A stretch of DNA of 32,000 nucleotides. Origin: Wolbachia endosymbiont of Pentalonia nigronervosa. GTDB lineage: Bacteria > Pseudomonadota > Alphaproteobacteria > Rickettsiales > Anaplasmataceae. Shown here piece by piece: positions 29,620 through 32,000 of this stretch (the first letter of the stretch is position 1; every line of letters begins with the position of its first letter). Both the position numbers and the translations under genes were made by a program. The notes beneath the pieces were generated by a model. The model was not told where the DNA came from. It saw only the letters and a program-made list of their open reading frames with translations, and did not search any database. The stretch spans positions 1 through 32,000 of the forward strand of contig NZ_JACVWV010000001.1 of NCBI RefSeq assembly GCF_014534705.1, written 5' to 3'.

Positions 29620-31853
29620 TACTTAATCTGTATTAGGCTAAAATCCGCTACCAAATGAAAAATGGAAACTACTTTAACCAATAGAGATAATCTGTTTTTT
29701 CTTAATTCACTAGAATCGCAATTAATTTTTACATTGTCCATAAATTGATTGAGAGGTGGAACAAAGCTTACAAGTTCATCAAGTGCTGCACTAAAATGGT
29801 TATTTTTTACTGCTTGCTTGATGCTTTCAAAGGAGGTCATAACGCAACTTGATAATTCAACCTCTTCACTCTCAATTAAAAACCTTTTGCTGTAACACTC
29901 TTTGTAAGTAACTTTATCTTTTTGGCTTGCTTTATGAACTATATTACTAACTCTTTTATATATGTTGAGAATTTGTACGCCTTTTTGCTCATTAAGATAG
30001 CTGTCCAACATAGCTATCTGTCTTTGTGCTGTTAATAAATCGTTAACATTATTTCTGTGTAATATTGAATCTATGATATCCCGTTTCATATTCTTATTTT
30101 TTAGGATAACTTTAAACCTTTCCAAACAGAATTTAAATACTAATTCTGAAATCTGCTTTCTATCTGGTCTGTTGTGTTTTTCAACTGGTACAGTATCTTT
30201 AGTGAGTGCCGTTCTCGAGTATAAAGATACTGATTTATCTATTAATAACTTTATTGGAATATGTAAATTGTTTTCAAGTATTAATCTAATTATACCAATA
30301 GATATTCTCCGCAAACCAAACTGATCATATGAGCTAGAGATTTTTTCTCCTGCTGCAACCAGACCAACCAAACTATCCATTTTATCAGCGAGAGATACAG
30401 CAATTGCTGAAGGGGATGTGGGACACTCTTGATCAGGTCCAACTGGTTTATAATGCTCTACTATGGATTCTACTACTTCTTGATCTTCGTGAAAATGAGC
30501 TGCATAATGCCCACCCATTATTCCTTGTAGCTCATGAAATTCTCTGACTATTGATGTTGCTAAGTCAGCTTTTGCTAAATATGCAGCACGTTCAACCTTA
30601 ATTAATGAGGCATGAGGAATCCATATGGCTATATATTTTGATAGAGCTATAATACGTTTTACTTTTTCCTGAACACTGCCAAGATAACCATGGAATGATA
30701 TTGAATCTAGTTTATTCACATAGTAATCTAAGTTATGCTTTTTGTCCTGAGATATTAAAAATTGAGCATCAGCAAGGCGCGCTTCTAATATTTTTTCATG
30801 TCCTTTAATGACATTATCATTTTTAACGTTAACAACAGTAGCAAAATATAAAATCTTTTGCCCATCGCTCAAAGCAAGATACTTCTGTTGTGTATGTACT
30901 ATACTGAGTATTACTTCCTTAGGTAGTTCGGCAGATTTTTCTTGATTTACTTTACCAAATAATACAATCGGATATTCTATCAATCCGGTTAATTCATTCA
31001 ATAAATAGTCATTTTGTTCAAGTTGTAAATTATGTTTTTTGGTAAAATCTTTAATCTGATCTAATATGAACTGCTTTCTTTTATCCTGTTGAAGAATAAC
31101 GTTATTTTTTTCTAACAATTTAAAGTAGTCTTGTGGTGTTTCTACGGTTAAAACTTGATTAGACCTCTTTCGAAACTCAATTTCTGATGGCAATTTTGTT
31201 ATCGAAGCTGAACTACGCTCCTCAAATACATCCTGCGGTGCTTCGCTTGCACTTCTCCTCTCACCATAAATCGGGTTCGAAAGAGGTCTATTGTGTGAAA
31301 GCAGGCGATGACCGTAAGTTACATTAGATGCAGTAATTCCAGCAAAAGATATAGGGATGACTTCACCGTCCAAAATACATAGAATGTTTTTAATTGGTCT
31401 TACCCATCTTTCTTTTCTTGTACCCCACCTCATGCTCTTAGGCCACGAAAAATTTTTCAGCATTTCTTCTAACTGATTGCCAAGAAATTCTTTTATGTTA
31501 AAAGCACAACTGTCTCTTTTTATAAAGTAAAAATCTTCGTCATTTATTTTGCGGATAAAGACATCCTCCATACTTTTTTGGTTTTTTCTTAAAAAACCCT
31601 CTAAAGCATCCTGTGCTGCATTAACATTTGGACCTTTAATTTCATCATTGGAGCTTTTTAGCTCTAAGATCCTTATGTCATCGATAAAAAGAGTGATACG
31701 ACGTGCTGTGATGAAAACCTCTATAGATGAAAATTTTATATTATTCTTATGAAAGGTACTGGTAATATAATTCTTAATTTGCGTTACCGCTAAATTATGC
31801 ATTCTTGATGGTATTTCTTCAGAAAGACACTCAAATAATAACTGTGATGACAT
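29619..31853 (-). CDS. glyS: Glycine--tRNA ligase beta subunit, with an in-frame palindromic element insertion
   Basis: 744 aa: MSSQLLFECLSEEIPSRM, FSWPKSMRWG.....WVRPIKNILCILD, RVERAAYLAKADLATSIVREFHELQGIMGGHYA, VALADKMDSLVGL. It carries a foreign-looking insert (RPLSNPIYGERRSASEAPQDVFEERSSASITKLPSEIEFRKRS). Confidence 0.95.
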   Translation of the reverse strand: MSSQLLFECLSEEIPSRMHNLAVTQIKNYITSTFHKNNIKFSSIEVFITARRITLFIDDIRILELKSSNDEIKGPNVNAAQDALEGFLRKNQKSMEDVFIRKINDEDFYFIKRDSCAFNIKEFLGNQLEEMLKNFSWPKSMRWGTRKERWVRPIKNILCILDGEVIPISFAGITASNVTYGHRLLSHNRPLSNPIYGERRSASEAPQDVFEERSSASITKLPSEIEFRKRSNQVLTVETPQDYFKLLEKNNVILQQDKRKQFILDQIKDFTKKHNLQLEQNDYLLNELTGLIEYPIVLFGKVNQEKSAELPKEVILSIVHTQQKYLALSDGQKILYFATVVNVKNDNVIKGHEKILEARLADAQFLISQDKKHNLDYYVNKLDSISFHGYLGSVQEKVKRIIALSKYIAIWIPHASLIKVERAAYLAKADLATSIVREFHELQGIMGGHYAAHFHEDQEVVESIVEHYKPVGPDQECPTSPSAIAVSLADKMDSLVGLVAAGEKISSSYDQFGLRRISIGIIRLILENNLHIPIKLLIDKSVSLYSRTALTKDTVPVEKHNRPDRKQISELVFKFCLERFKVILKNKNMKRDIIDSILHRNNVNDLLTAQRQIAMLDSYLNEQKGVQILNIYKRVSNIVHKASQKDKVTYKECYSKRFLIESEEVELSSCVMTSFESIKQAVKNNHFSAALDELVSFVPPLNQFMDNVKINCDSSELRKNRLSLLVKVVSIFHLVADFSLIQIK
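31161..31289. repeat. Protein-coding palindromic element inserted in frame in glyS, 129 bp (43 codons)
   Basis: Terminal inverted repeats beginning agacctctttcgaa and ending ttcgaaagaggtct. The interior shares ...ctcctcaaatacatcctgcggtgc... with the intergenic copies. The ORF remains open through it. Confidence 0.92.
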
Positions 31854-31856
31854 ATG

Positions 31857-32000
31857 CTATTTACTCATGTATAATTCACAACATTTTTTTGTCAGCTCTC
31901 TAACCCTACCTATATATGCTGTACGTTCATTTACACCCAATACGCCTCTTGCATCAAGTAAATTAAGTAGGTGGCTAGTTTTAATACATTGTTCATAGGC
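31857..32000 (-). CDS. glyQ: Glycine--tRNA ligase alpha subunit, C-terminal end, truncated by the window edge
   Basis: Reverse-strand translation ends [47 protein letters not shown], typical of the GlyQ C-terminus and immediately upstream of glyS. Confidence 0.93.
   Translation of the reverse strand, partial: AYEQCIKTSHLLNLLDARGVLGVNERTAYIGRVRELTKKCCELYMSK

Noticed and set aside
1-32000. Search by eye for CRISPR arrays, toxin-antitoxin pairs, retrons and phage or cytoplasmic-incompatibility (cif) modules
   Set aside because: No regularly spaced repeats, reverse transcriptase motif, capsid or tail genes, or cifA/cifB-like proteins are visible. The palindromic elements are dispersed, not arrayed.

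Overview
AT-rich, gene-dense window that looks like part of a Wolbachia (Anaplasmataceae) chromosome; the assignment is inferred from protein content and repeat type, not from a database search. The backbone is housekeeping: cox11/ctaG, a BAX-inhibitor-1 family protein, typA/bipA, tRNA-Arg(TCT), murG, mutS, SURF1, bacterioferritin, an RDD protein, a HAD phosphatase, hflK-hflC-degP, sdhB, rpmI-rplT, fmt, trhO, ffh, an Mrp/Nuo-type antiporter subunit, truA, uvrC and glyS-glyQ. Accessory or host-interaction content comprises two ankyrin-repeat proteins, one of them large with a duplicated C-terminal tail, and a 640-aa Gly/Ala/Val-rich protein resembling the Wolbachia actin-localising effector WalE1. 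Mobile and repeat content: the 5' end of an IS5-like transposase sits at the left edge and abuts a 3'-truncated comF. There is also a family of about 127-150 bp palindromic elements with about 22-bp terminal inverted repeats: two intergenic copies, one copy inserted in frame inside glyS, one degenerate copy and one possible half-copy. I found no CRISPR array, phage module or clearly new defence system. The most notable signals are the protein-coding palindromic insertion in glyS (this element class is already known), the comF/IS junction, and the less-characterised WalE1-like and ankyrin proteins.
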